Below are positions 37,729 to 47,775 of a stretch of 64,000 nt of DNA, piece after piece. The notes beneath the pieces are model-generated. The model had not been told where the DNA came from and did no database searches. It saw nothing but the letters and a program-made list of their open reading frames with translations. Made by a program: the position numbers and the translations under genes. Location of the stretch: the NCBI GenBank assembly GCA_963787125.1, contig CAWBBV010000007.1, positions 128,001 to 192,000 of the forward strand. The letters are read 5' to 3'. Source of the DNA: an uncultured delta proteobacterium. GTDB lineage: Bacteria; Desulfobacterota; Desulfuromonadia; Geobacterales; DSM-12255. Numbering within the stretch: the stretch's first letter is position 1; every line of letters starts with the position of its first letter.

Positions 37729-40377
37729 TTACAAAAACGCCCCTTTAACTATCCTCTGCTGCTCTTCACCATGAACCCGGTGGGAACCGGTTGCCGGTGC
37801 TGCGGCAGCGGCTCTGCCGACATAAAGCGGCTCACTTCCCAATAGTTTTGCCAGTTCGATTCTTAGCTGAGGCCAGGCACCCATGTTCTCCGGTTCTTCC
37901 TGCACCCAGGCAACAGCTTCAGCCTGTAATACCCCTTCAAGCAGATCGCCGCAGAAAGGGTACAGCTGCTCGATTCTGATTATGGCGACATCATTTCTGC
38001 CGCTCTTGGTCCGCTCTTCCCGCAGCTCATAGTAGATCTTGCCGGAGCAGAGAATGACTTTTGCAGGCTCTTTGACGGCTTCATCACCAATCACCGCCTG
38101 GAACGACCCGCTGGCAAGATCGGCAAGGTCGGATACGCAGACCGGGTTGCGGAGCAGGCTCTTCGGGGTGAAGACGATCAGCGGTTTCCTCAGCGGCTGT
38201 TTTAGCTGGCGGCGGAGCAGATGGAAAATCTGGGCAGGGGTCGATGGTGTGGCAATCTGCAGGTTGTTTTCAGCGCAGAGGGAGAGAAAGCGTTCAATGC
38301 GGGCGCTGGAGTGTTCGGCACCGTTCCCTTCATAACCGTGGGGCAGCAAAAGGACCAGGGCCGACGAGCGGTCCCATTTGCTTTCGCCGGCAGCAATGAA
38401 CTGGTCGATGATCACCTGGGCGCCGTTGGCAAAGTCGCCGAACTGGGCTTCCCAGATCGTCAGATCGTCAAGAGCGGTGACACTGTAGCCGTATTCGAAA
38501 CCGAGCACGGCGTTTTCCGAAAGCATGCTGTCATAGACCCTGAAACGGGCGTTGCCGTCCGCAACCGTTGAAAGGGGCGTAAATGTTGCCGGACTGCTCA
38601 TGTCATGGAGAACCGCATGGCGGTGGTTGAAGGTGCCACGGCGTGAATCCTGCCCGGACAGGCGGACAGAAACCCCTTCGGTAAGGAGGGTGGCAAAGGC
38701 AAGAGCCTCTGCCGTGCCCCAATCAATGCCGCTGCCTGAAGTGATAGCTTCCAGTCTTTTGCTGTAGAGCTGCACCATTTTAGGGTGCGGGTTAAACCCG
38801 TTCGGCAGAGCGGTAATTATTTTTGCCAGCTCTTTGAGGCTCTTTGCAGCGACTGCAGTCTTCTCCGAAAGGCGGGCTTTTGTCAAAAGTTCAGCAGCTC
38901 TTTCCGAGCCCGGCTGGTGATGGGGCAGTTGCCCGGCTGCGGCCCGCTCCAGTGCTTCCCGGTAGCCTGCCAGCATTTTTTCCATGGCGTCACGAGGGAC
39001 GCCTTCAGTCGCAAGTGTCTCAGCGTAGAGAAGGTGCAACTGGCGGCGATTCTTTATCAGCTCATACATAAGTGGCTGGGTGAAGCCCGGTTCATCCCCT
39101 TCATTGTGTCCGTGACGGCGGTAACAGATGATCTCGATAACTACATCCCTGCCAAACTTCTGCCGGTAGGCGAGGGCAAGCCTGGCAACCATGTCGACCG
39201 CTTCCGGTTCCTCGCCATGGACATGGAAGACCGGTATCATCAGCATTCTCGCCACATCGGTTGCGTAGCGGGTCGAGCGGGAATCTTCCGGCAGAGTGGT
39301 AAAACCTATCTGGTTATTGAGGACGATATGGATCGTGCCGCCGGTAGAGTAACCTTCAAGCTGGGAAAGATTAAGAGTTTCCGCGATAATCCCCTGGCCG
39401 GCAAAAGCAGCGTCGCCATGGACCAGCAGGGGGAGGAGACGGGTTTTCCCGTCACCACCAATGGCATCCTGATGGGCGCGACATTTACCCTCGACAACCG
39501 GATCGACCGCTTCAAGATGGCTCGGGTTAAAGGCGAGGGAGAGGTGCAGTCCGCCCACATCGGCTGAATAGCCTTTATGATACTTTACATCGCCGTCACC
39601 GGAGATGCTTTCGCTGCTGTTGTCCTCAAATTCGGAAAATATTGCTGCCAGTGGCTTGCCGAGGATGTTGGCAAGCACATTGAGCCTCCCGCGGTGTGAC
39701 ATACCGATGACTGCCCCTGATATCCCTGCGCTTGCAGCGGAAGATGTTATGGCATCAAGGGCGACAAGGAGCGCCTCACCACCCTCCAGGGAGAATCTTT
39801 TCTGGCCGATAAAGCGGCGATGTAGGAATTCTTCAAAAAGAGTCCCTTGCTGGAGGCGCGAAAGAATTCTCAGTTTTAGCTCCATACCCGGATCCGGCCT
39901 GTTCATGGTCGGCTCCATCCGGTCTATCAGCCACTGGCGCTCGACCGGGTTCTGGATGTACATGAATTCGACGCCGACAGCGTGGCAGTAGGTTCCTTGC
40001 ATGGTCCCGAGGATCTCACGGAGCGTGGCAGTCTCTTTCAGGTAGCGTTTAATATGGAAGTGCTGATCAAGGCTAGCCTCAGACAGCTCAAACGCCGCCA
40101 GATCGAGGAGCGGATGGGAAAGCGGGCAGGGGGAGAGCGGGTCTGTGCAGGCTAGCAGGTGGCCCATGTCACGGTAGCGGTAGATGAGCGACTGGACGGA
40201 TGACTGGAGCATGGCAGCTGGCAGGTCGGGGTGCAGGTCAGCCGGGAGCGGGCTTCTCCCCAGGTCGAAACCGGCAAAGAAGCTTTGCCATTCGGGGTCA
40301 ACACTTTCCCGGCTGGTCTGCCATTTGAAGTACTGCGCTTCGAGCCATTGCGGTGATATGTTCTGCAGAAAAGGCAT
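37729..40377 (-). CDS. sucA: 2-oxoglutarate dehydrogenase E1
   Basis: KRFSLEGGE, GMSHRGRLNVL, GDVKYHKG, NPSHLEAV, HGDAAFAGQG, RRHGHNEGDEP, WEAQFGDFANGAQ, LPHGYEG.G.EHSSAR. Confidence 0.96.
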   Translation of the reverse strand: MPFLQNISPQWLEAQYFKWQTSRESVDPEWQSFFAGFDLGRSPLPADLHPDLPAAMLQSSVQSLIYRYRDMGHLLACTDPLSPCPLSHPLLDLAAFELSEASLDQHFHIKRYLKETATLREILGTMQGTYCHAVGVEFMYIQNPVERQWLIDRMEPTMNRPDPGMELKLRILSRLQQGTLFEEFLHRRFIGQKRFSLEGGEALLVALDAITSSAASAGISGAVIGMSHRGRLNVLANILGKPLAAIFSEFEDNSSESISGDGDVKYHKGYSADVGGLHLSLAFNPSHLEAVDPVVEGKCRAHQDAIGGDGKTRLLPLLVHGDAAFAGQGIIAETLNLSQLEGYSTGGTIHIVLNNQIGFTTLPEDSRSTRYATDVARMLMIPVFHVHGEEPEAVDMVARLALAYRQKFGRDVVIEIICYRRHGHNEGDEPGFTQPLMYELIKNRRQLHLLYAETLATEGVPRDAMEKMLAGYREALERAAAGQLPHHQPGSERAAELLTKARLSEKTAVAAKSLKELAKIITALPNGFNPHPKMVQLYSKRLEAITSGSGIDWGTAEALAFATLLTEGVSVRLSGQDSRRGTFNHRHAVLHDMSSPATFTPLSTVADGNARFRVYDSMLSENAVLGFEYGYSVTALDDLTIWEAQFGDFANGAQVIIDQFIAAGESKWDRSSALVLLLPHGYEGNGAEHSSARIERFLSLCAENNLQIATPSTPAQIFHLLRRQLKQPLRKPLIVFTPKSLLRNPVCVSDLADLASGSFQAVIGDEAVKEPAKVILCSGKIYYELREERTKSGRNDVAIIRIEQLYPFCGDLLEGVLQAEAVAWVQEEPENMGAWPQLRIELAKLLGSEPLYVGRAAAAAPATGSHRVHGEEQQRIVKGAFL

Positions 40378-40550
40378 GAAAGGACTCCTGAAACTTTGCA
40401 GGTTAATGTTTAACTATAGCAGATCAGTCGCTAGATGCAATGCTCACATGAGCGCAGAACACTCAACTTTTCTTGACAGTTTTGCGGTTTTGACCGATTG
40501 TTTTGCTGCGCAGGAAAGGCCCTACAGGCCGGTTTCACTATGGAGGTTTC

Positions 40551-42386
40551 TTGAACTTTCTCGAACGGATAAAAGAAGAGGTAATAGTCGGCGACGGTGC
40601 CATCGGCACCATGCTTTACAGCAAAGGGGTCGGCCTTGATGCCAATTTTGAGCACTTAAACCTTGTCAGACCTTCACTGGTTGCCGAGCTGCACCGGGAG
40701 TACCTGGCTGCCGGGGCGAGGGTGATCGAGACCAATACTTTCGGTGCCAATCGCACCCGGCTGGCGCCCATCGGCCTTGAGAAGAAGATTGCCGATCTGA
40801 ACCGCCAGGGGGCGCTCATAGCCAGGCAGGCGGTGATTGATGCCGGACTGGCTGGCAATGCCTATGTGGCCGGATCGATCGGCCCGCTGGCAAAACTAAA
40901 AGGGGACGAACAGGAGCCTGGCGAGGGGGAGATGACGGCGCTCTTCATGGAGCAGGCCGTGCCTCTTGCTGAAGCTGGCATTGATCTCTTCATCCTTGAG
41001 ACATTTTCTGACCTTCTCCAGCTAAAATGCGCTCTGGCGGCGGCTAAAACGTGCGGACTACCTGTGGTGGCAAGCATGGCCTACCTTGAGGGTGGGCGGA
41101 CAGTCGGCGGAGCCGAAGCGACGCGTGTTGCCAGTGAGTTGACCCTTGCCGGAGCCGATCTCATCGGCGCCAACTGCGGGGCCGGTCCCCGTGAAGTCCT
41201 GTTGAGCCTGGAGAAGCTGGCAAAGGGGAGTGCGCTTCCCCTGGCAGCTTTTGCCAATTCGGGCTTCCCGGAATTTGTCGATGGCCGCTACATCTACCGG
41301 ACGACCCCGGACTACTTTGCCGAAAAGGGGCTGGAGATGGTAGCGGCGGGAGCTGTCCTCATCGGCGGCTGCTGCGGCACGACCCCGGAGCATATCAGAC
41401 AACTGGCGCTCCGTCTCGAAGGGGTAAAACCTTCACCGAAGCGGGTCTTTGTCGAGTTCGTCCAGAGTGCCAGCCCTGTTGAAAGCGCAGAGAAGGGTGA
41501 AGGGTTTCTCGCCGACTGGGGTAAGAGGCCGGTCATCACCGTTGAGCTGGATCCGCCCAAGGGGCTCGACTGCAGCAAGGTGCTCACCGGTGCAGCCGCG
41601 CTGCAAGCGGCGGGCGCCGATGCCATCAATCTTGCCGAAAATCCTCTGGCGCGGGTCAGGATGGGTAACATCGCCCTGGCAAGAATTATCCAGGAGAGTG
41701 CCGGGATCGAGGTCATTCCCCATATCACCTGCCGTGACCGGAATCTGCTCGGACTGCAGTCGGATCTCATGGGGGCGAGTCTGCTCGGGATCCGCTCCAT
41801 CCTTGCGGTTACCGGTGACCCGGCCCGGCTTGGTGACCAGAGTGGCGCTTCGTCGGTCTTTGACCTGAACTCCTTCGGGCTGATAAAGCTTCTGGCCGAT
41901 CTTAACAGCGGAGTTAACGGCCTGGGCCAGTCAATTAGCGGCGGGACCGGCTTCAAGATCGGTTGTGCCTTTAACCCCAATACGCCAAAGCTGGATGTTC
42001 AGATTGCCCGGTTGGAAAAAAAGGTGGCGGCCGGGGCCACCTTTGCCCAGACTCAACCTGTTTACGATTCTGAAAAGGTGATTGCCATGATGGAGCGGAC
42101 GGCGTACCTGGAGATTCCGATTCTGTTGGGGATCATGCCGCTGACCGGAGAGCGCAACTGTGAGTATCTGCATAACGAGGTGCCTGGCATAGTCATCCCG
42201 GATGAGGTCAGAGCCAGGATGCGCGGCAAGGAGAAAGCGGCAGGAGCTGCAGAGGGGATACGGATAGCGCTGGAGATGATAGCTTCTGTCAGGGCGGTTG
42301 TCGGTGGTTACTACATTATTGCACCGTTCGGGAGGCATGAGGTGGCTGTGGAGCTGATCAGGGCAATTCGAAAAGAAGCCCACTAA
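40551..42386 (+). CDS. bifunctional homocysteine S-methyltransferase / 5,10-methylenetetrahydrofolate reductase (YitJ-like)
   Basis: DGAIGTML, IETNTFGAN, GANC, GGCCGTTPEHI, then the MTHFR half VELDPP, HITCRDRNL.GLQS, AVTGDP. TTG start at 40551 after GGAGG. Confidence 0.92.
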   Translation: MNFLERIKEEVIVGDGAIGTMLYSKGVGLDANFEHLNLVRPSLVAELHREYLAAGARVIETNTFGANRTRLAPIGLEKKIADLNRQGALIARQAVIDAGLAGNAYVAGSIGPLAKLKGDEQEPGEGEMTALFMEQAVPLAEAGIDLFILETFSDLLQLKCALAAAKTCGLPVVASMAYLEGGRTVGGAEATRVASELTLAGADLIGANCGAGPREVLLSLEKLAKGSALPLAAFANSGFPEFVDGRYIYRTTPDYFAEKGLEMVAAGAVLIGGCCGTTPEHIRQLALRLEGVKPSPKRVFVEFVQSASPVESAEKGEGFLADWGKRPVITVELDPPKGLDCSKVLTGAAALQAAGADAINLAENPLARVRMGNIALARIIQESAGIEVIPHITCRDRNLLGLQSDLMGASLLGIRSILAVTGDPARLGDQSGASSVFDLNSFGLIKLLADLNSGVNGLGQSISGGTGFKIGCAFNPNTPKLDVQIARLEKKVAAGATFAQTQPVYDSEKVIAMMERTAYLEIPILLGIMPLTGERNCEYLHNEVPGIVIPDEVRARMRGKEKAAGAAEGIRIALEMIASVRAVVGGYYIIAPFGRHEVAVELIRAIRKEAH

Positions 42387-43770
42387 GTTTAAAAAGTGAG
42401 CCATTACACTGTCAATATTGGTGGTCAGAAATCTACCGGGAACCGATGCTCGGTATCGATTTTATTGAATACAGAGATTATCTATCACAACGGTTCCGCT
42501 CACAATTGTCACTGTCCCGGCTACAATCGATTGGCCCGCATAATTCGCAGTATAGTCGCTGTTATAGCCGCCTCTGATGGTTACTGTCTTGACTTGATTG
42601 AAACTGATGGTTTCACTGAACGTTGCTGCTTTGAGCTTCAGGATGCTGTCGGTCAATGCCGCGTTGTAGGCGGACTGTAAAGTGGAATATCCCGTTGAAG
42701 TACCGTTAGGAAAAGCAACTACAGCATTCTGAGCAGAATCGTAAGAGAAATTCGCATCGGCTACAGTGTTACTGGACAGAGTGAATGAGCATGTCCCGGT
42801 GCCAGTACATGCACCGCTCCAATTATTTAACTTATATCCAGGAAGTGGAACCGCCGTTAACGTGATATAAGCGCCAGTGGGGAAAGATTTCGGGTTGCTG
42901 GCACTCCATGATGCGCCAACATTGCTTGTCACAGAACCATATGCGCCAGTCGGGAAGGAAACATCCAATGTCTTAGTAGTGCCGGTTACGCTCAGAAGAA
43001 ACGATTGTCCTCCAAGTAAATATACATTGCCTGCATTTGCAGTGAGATTAACGAATATCGAGCCGTCATTCAGGGACACTCCGGAACCGAAATCAGCGTT
43101 TGTTGTTGAAGTCGTAAACGAGCCGTAATCAAGTCTGACATCTCCTGTCTGAAACAGAACTACTTCAAAGTTGTGGGGTCTGCGCCGTCCTTCGTCGGTA
43201 TATGTCTCAGTCTGCCATTCAATGACTACCCGTTCGGGACTGGTCTTATGCTGGATGAAAACACCACCGGTAAGGTAGGAAGACAGGTCGTTATTCCAGG
43301 CGGCAATAACAGGGCTGCGACCATTGCTGGCAAGGTTGAAGGAGTGAGCAGAACCGGTGCTGCCAAACCAGATGTTGCCATTGGTATCGACGGTTATCTG
43401 ACTAAATGATTGCCCGTAAAATGAGGCAGACCACGGCATGGTATAAGTTACGCTGGATTCATCGCCATAGGTACTGGTGTAATCGGCAGTCGGCAGTTTC
43501 AGGCGGTCTGCATCGGTACCGTCCCAAGCAGTTGTTGTCGATGCAAGCGTGTAATAGGCATCAAAAACACTGACGCTCATAGTGCTTGCTTCTGACTCGG
43601 ACAAAGTGGTTGACATCATTGTGTCAGATTCGAGGGTGGGACTGGAAAGCGATGTGGTCGGGTCGGAACCGTTGGTGGTGTAATAGATGGTTGCCGGTTC
43701 GTTGGCAACGAGGTTTATCGCTTTGGCAGCTGTTGGAAAAGCCATTAACAGCACTCCCAGGAAGAGGGTT

Positions 43771-45592
43771 CGTTGTGTCAAACTTCTTGACATGTCTTTT
43801 TGCTTTTCAGTTCTAATTTCAATGCATTACCAATCAAAGTCTTGCCTCCCCCCGTGATTCTGGTTAAGAATGCCAGTTATGGAGGGCTAGCTCATGTCGT
43901 ACCTATCCAAAACTGCCCGGTTTGTTGTCTGGATTTGCTCCAAGTTTACAAAGACCGAGATTGAACAGATCGTCGTCGGGTTGTCAGATGTCCTCGAAAA
44001 TCGTAATCCTGAAGTTAAGCCAAAGGACGATTTCAAAGAGAAACATCCGAACTACAGAAACTTTATTGTCGATCCCAAGCCGCCACTGACTGAGCCCCCA
44101 AAGTTTAAAAAAAAGACCTCGATCAAAAAGACTACCGGCAACTCCTGATTGAGTACGAAACACTTCACGGAAAGTCTCTTGCTCCGGTCAAGCTCCGGGC
44201 GGGTTCATCACCGGTTCCAGTGCATGTCACCTGTCCCTGCTGCGGAGCGCCAAATACTTATCTCTACTTCAACGACGGAAAGAAGCGCTCTCAAGTTCTC
44301 TGCAAGGTTTGCTCTCAACTCTTCCAACTCCAACAGCGCTTCAGAACCAACAGAAAGTCAAAGCTCTTCTGTCCCCATTGCGGGCTGGCTCTCTTCAGGT
44401 GGAAGTCGCAAAAGGAAGTGACCATCCACAAGTGCCCAAATGATAACTGTCCTCACCGTATCCAGGCGCTTGCCAAGCTCAATAAAGCCGAGAAAGAGCT
44501 GATGAAAAAGAAAAGTTCTCAGTTCAAAATCAACTACCAGTACCGCGAATATCACTACAAACCGGAAGAGTTGGAACTCTCTTCTCCGGACAAACCGCCG
44601 GTCGAACTGGCGAGAATCCATAACAGCGAAAACGTGCTTGGCCTGATTCTGACTTTCTATGTTTCATTCGCCGTTCCGGCCAGAAAAACTGCTCAAATCC
44701 TGCGCGAAGTCTTCTGTATCAAGGTTTCTCATCAGACAGTTCTCAATTATGCCGCTGGCGCCGCCTGGCACTGCCACCGATTCAATCTCAAGCATAAAGG
44801 CCATATCGATAATATCTCTGCAGGTGATGAGACCTACATCAAGATCCTGGGCAAGCACCATTATGTCTTCTTTTTTATCTCGGCAAAGAACCTGAAAATC
44901 TCCGCCTATCACGTGGCCGATAACAGGGGCACTCAGCCTGCCATTATCGCTATGAATGAAGCCATCAGGACTGCTTCTGCCGATCAGCAAATAACCCTTG
45001 TCAGCGACGGAAACCCTTCTTATCCAGCTGGCATTCATTTCATCAATGCCCAGACTGATGATTCCCAGACGATTCAGCACAAAAAGGTTATTGGCCTCCA
45101 AAACCTTGATGCCGAGTCCGAAGAGTACAGATCCTTCAAGCAGCTCGTTGAGCGGCTCAACAGAACCTTCAAGTATCATGTAAGGCCAGCAGCAGGATTC
45201 AACAGCACAAACGGTGCGGTATCTTTAACTACGCTGTTTGTGACCCACTACAACTTCCTCAGGCCTCACATGTCGCTAAAATATCTACCACCGGTGCCTT
45301 TGCAGGAGTTGAAGGCACTGCCGACCATTCAGGCTAGATGGACCAAGATCCTCTCGCTAGCTGCCTGACTTCCCGTCTTCAAAGATCAATTTACTGATTG
45401 TTGTTTTAATCTGACCAACTATCTCACGTGCCTGGTCACAGAGTGGCTTGCCCAAAATTCAAGCCAGTAACCACAAAGTAGTGAAGTCACAGTCTGGACA
45501 GACTCGGAAAAGATGCAGATGAAGGGCATCGTTTACTTTCGAGTACTTTCCATTTCAATATCCCGGCTTTTCATGAAACTTTTGACACTATC
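43771..45592 (+). mobile_element. insertion sequence, 1822 bp, with an IS6/rve-like DDE transposase and 8-bp TSD
   Basis: Direct repeat AGAGGGTT at 43763-43770 and 45593-45600. Imperfect terminal IRs cgttGTGTCAAActt and (reverse complement) gataGTGTCAAAagt. Confidence 0.9.
43894..45368 (+). CDS. DDE transposase, orfA/orfB joined by a -1 programmed frameshift
   Basis: orfA 43894..44148 has a GGAGG RBS; A_AAA_AAG at 44109-44115; the -1 frame is open from 44109 to 45368. Zn-ribbons CPCC/CKVC and CPHC/CPNDNC; catalytic GDETYIK, SDGNPSY, VERLNRTFK, HYNFLRPH. Confidence 0.88.
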
Positions 45593-45667
45593 AGAGGGTT
45601 ATTGCCGTTATGCCGGATAATTTCATCGGTCTGCTCCTTGGTGGAACTATATTCAATGCGCGAAACC

Positions 45668-46999
45668 TCAATGGGAGGTTGTGCCTGAACTTGTTGAACT
45701 TGGTATCGGTGCTGCTGTTCTACTACTACACGGTATAGGCAGAGCTGGCGGAGTTCCTTCGCCAGTGGTAACTGCTGTCATAATGATACCTCCCGGTGAT
45801 GAATTCAAAACATCAAATCTTATTGTAGCAAAAGAACCGTTTCCGAAAATTAATTTGCCACCAATCGTTATTATCAGAACTCCGGGTACAGTGGTATCTG
45901 TGGTCAAATTTGCGCCAGTTGCCAGTCCATCGGCTGTCACTTGCGGATTACTAAGAATTGCGCTGTTGTAAGTTATTCGCAGTTGCGCATTCGCTAGATT
46001 AATCAGATTGCTCCCCCTGAAATCGAATACTCCGTTGCCGGAAGAAACTAGCATTAATACATTTCTCTGCTTAACGGTGACGGTTGCTATGGCACTTTTC
46101 GACGAATCGACCATGCTGGTTGCTTTTACATGGTAGGTTCCTTGCGTCTCAGGGGCACGATAAAGTCCGTTTGAAGTGACCGTGCCGCCGTTCTCTTCAA
46201 TAACGCTCCAGGTCAGCGACTGGTTGCTAACTCCACTAATGACCGCTGTAAATGTGGTTTCCGCATTTGGCTCCAAAGTCTTACTGGCAGGCATGATGGC
46301 GATAGCACCTGCTGCCGGAATCGGGACGGTAATAAGATTCAGCACAGATGAGCTTAAGTGCTCAATGCAAAACTGTTTATGGCTGTTGTCAGTCTTATCA
46401 GTAATTGTCACAATCCCGCTGCCAGTCGAGAAATCAACCATGTCAAAGAGCAGGTCTATTCCCTGGCGATTGGCGACAAATGGGGCATTGATGAAGTCTG
46501 CATTGGTTGCCCCCAGTTTTGTCAGTGTTGGTTGCAGTGCAGTCTTGACAGCAGCAACAGCGCCGGTCAGACTATTCGCTAAAAACAGCATGGTGTGCGG
46601 TGTAGGAGCGGTGTAGAGAGTTGCCAGGTCTTGATTGCCGTATGCCTCTGCAAGTGATAGGTTTGTGAGAGGATTTATATTGGCGATGCCAGGAACTGAA
46701 GCGAATGAATAAAGCGTTACAGTGCGTCCATTTGCCGTCCCGACTGCTTTCAGAAGATAGGGTGCGTTCAGTCCGTTAAGCGTGAAAGAAAACGCCCCAT
46801 CAGCTGCTATGGGAGAAGAAAGTTCCTTTACAGGGTTTGATGAATCCTTCAGATAGACCGTACCGACTAGAGGAGCACCCGAAGCGGCAACTCCCGACAA
46901 TTGTGTATTTGTGCTTGCATCGTTGCCACCGCTACTGCACCCAGCAACCAGAAAGCCAAGCAGTATTATGACGTGATAAAAGAGGCTGCGATTGCTCAT
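45668..46999 (-). CDS. lipoprotein with Ig-like and cohesin-like domains
   Basis: Start at 46999 (AAGGA RBS); lipobox FLVAG-C; SGVAASGAP.VGTV.LKDS, ANINPLT; Ig unit WSV.E..GGTVTSNGLYRAP..GTYHVKATS..D.SKSA.ATVTV. Confidence 0.78.
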   Translation of the reverse strand: MSNRSLFYHVIILLGFLVAGCSSGGNDASTNTQLSGVAASGAPLVGTVYLKDSSNPVKELSSPIAADGAFSFTLNGLNAPYLLKAVGTANGRTVTLYSFASVPGIANINPLTNLSLAEAYGNQDLATLYTAPTPHTMLFLANSLTGAVAAVKTALQPTLTKLGATNADFINAPFVANRQGIDLLFDMVDFSTGSGIVTITDKTDNSHKQFCIEHLSSSVLNLITVPIPAAGAIAIMPASKTLEPNAETTFTAVISGVSNQSLTWSVIEENGGTVTSNGLYRAPETQGTYHVKATSMVDSSKSAIATVTVKQRNVLMLVSSGNGVFDFRGSNLINLANAQLRITYNSAILSNPQVTADGLATGANLTTDTTVPGVLIITIGGKLIFGNGSFATIRFDVLNSSPGGIIMTAVTTGEGTPPALPIPCSSRTAAPIPSSTSSGTTSH

Positions 47000-47078
47000 T
47001 TCATATCCTTGATTTTTGTAAGATGTCAGTGCCTGACCCCTGTGGTTAAACGACATATGTGGTTAATCAATTACAATT

Positions 47079-47492
47079 CTACTGAAAAGTAACCGGAAGG
47101 TTATATTGTTGAGCAAATTTACATAACGTAATTAGCCGTAATATAAGGGGTTCACCGTCAACATCAATGAATGACTCATAAAGATTAGTAGGCTCAATTC
47201 CAAGAAGGTTTGCAGTATCTAGCTGCCAATCTGATAGAAACGGTTGTGGAGGCATTTGAGCAAATGCATTTACTATTTCAGTTAATTCTTTTTCAAGATT
47301 AACACAGTCATTCGCTGTCCATTCGCCATCGCAGTCAGAATGCAACATTAGGAGTGGGAACTTACTCCCCTCTATTCCATTTTCGAGTAATTTGCAGATG
47401 GCATTCCTAAATGCTCCAAAATCAGAATAATGACCAACATCAACACCACAAACATCTTTATCAGAATCAAAAATACATAAATACAAACTCAT
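47079..47492 (-). CDS. polymorphic-toxin immunity protein, Imm70-like
   Basis: LENG..GSKFPLLM..L..EL.EI..F..MPP..W..NLYESF.DVDGE.L pattern; AT-rich; sits in the coupled run downstream of the RHS toxin. Confidence 0.65.
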   Translation of the reverse strand: MSLYLCIFDSDKDVCGVDVGHYSDFGAFRNAICKLLENGIEGSKFPLLMLHSDCDGEWTANDCVNLEKELTEIVNAFAQMPPQPFLSDWQLDTANLLGIEPTNLYESFIDVDGEPLILRLITLCKFAQQYNLPVTFQ

Positions 47493-47493
47493 A

Positions 47494-47775
47494 TTAAACC
47501 TTCCTTATCTGAACCTTGCACCCAACAGATTGCACAAAGTCATTTAATGAAGCATGTATTTTGCATTTAATTGGCACTTGAATAACCAGTTGCATACTGC
47601 TTTCTATCGCACGAAAGCTGAGTAAACGGATTTGGTAGGTAAGGCGTAACTCTGTTACATTTTTAAATAAGTAAATTATATTCCCCTTTTCAGCATCAGC
47701 TAACGCGCCTCGCAATGTTTGAAATTTCGAATATCTGCAATGGTTAATAATGTCTACATATCCATTCGTAGTCAT
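47494..47775 (-). CDS. 93-aa protein paralogous to the RHS nuclease tip but lacking the catalytic Glu (pseudo-nuclease)
   Basis: ATG at 47775 overlaps the RHS stop (ATGA). LRGALADAEKGNIIYLFK..TYQIRLLSFRAI..LVIQ aligns with toxin LKGTILDSTQNGLLEIK..SYQLRMQVYRSV..LTIQ. Confidence 0.7.
   Translation of the reverse strand: MTTNGYVDIINHCRYSKFQTLRGALADAEKGNIIYLFKNVTELRLTYQIRLLSFRAIESSMQLVIQVPIKCKIHASLNDFVQSVGCKVQIRKV

Larger units (their letters stand above)
42462..45626 (-). pseudogene. secreted surface protein interrupted in its signal peptide by an IS (original start 45626; residual ORF 42462..43793)
   Basis: Removing 43771-45592 and one TSD restores MKLSGITAITLFLGVLLMAFPTAAKA in frame, with AAGGAG RBS at 45634-45639. 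The body has a YYTTNGSDPT fragment, a nidogen-like region, an InlB B-repeat-like unit and a C-terminal YSTLQSAY..GGY..GTVTI.SGTV.IDNL domain. Confidence 0.78.

Noticed and set aside
40378..40550. SAM riboswitch upstream of the Hcy methyltransferase/MTHFR gene
   Set aside because: I could not find the SAM-I core motifs or a terminator by eye; an Rfam scan would settle it.
42396..42680. 94-aa Cys/His-rich plus-strand ORF
   Set aside because: Antisense to the C-terminal domain of the surface protein; no RBS or recognisable motif.
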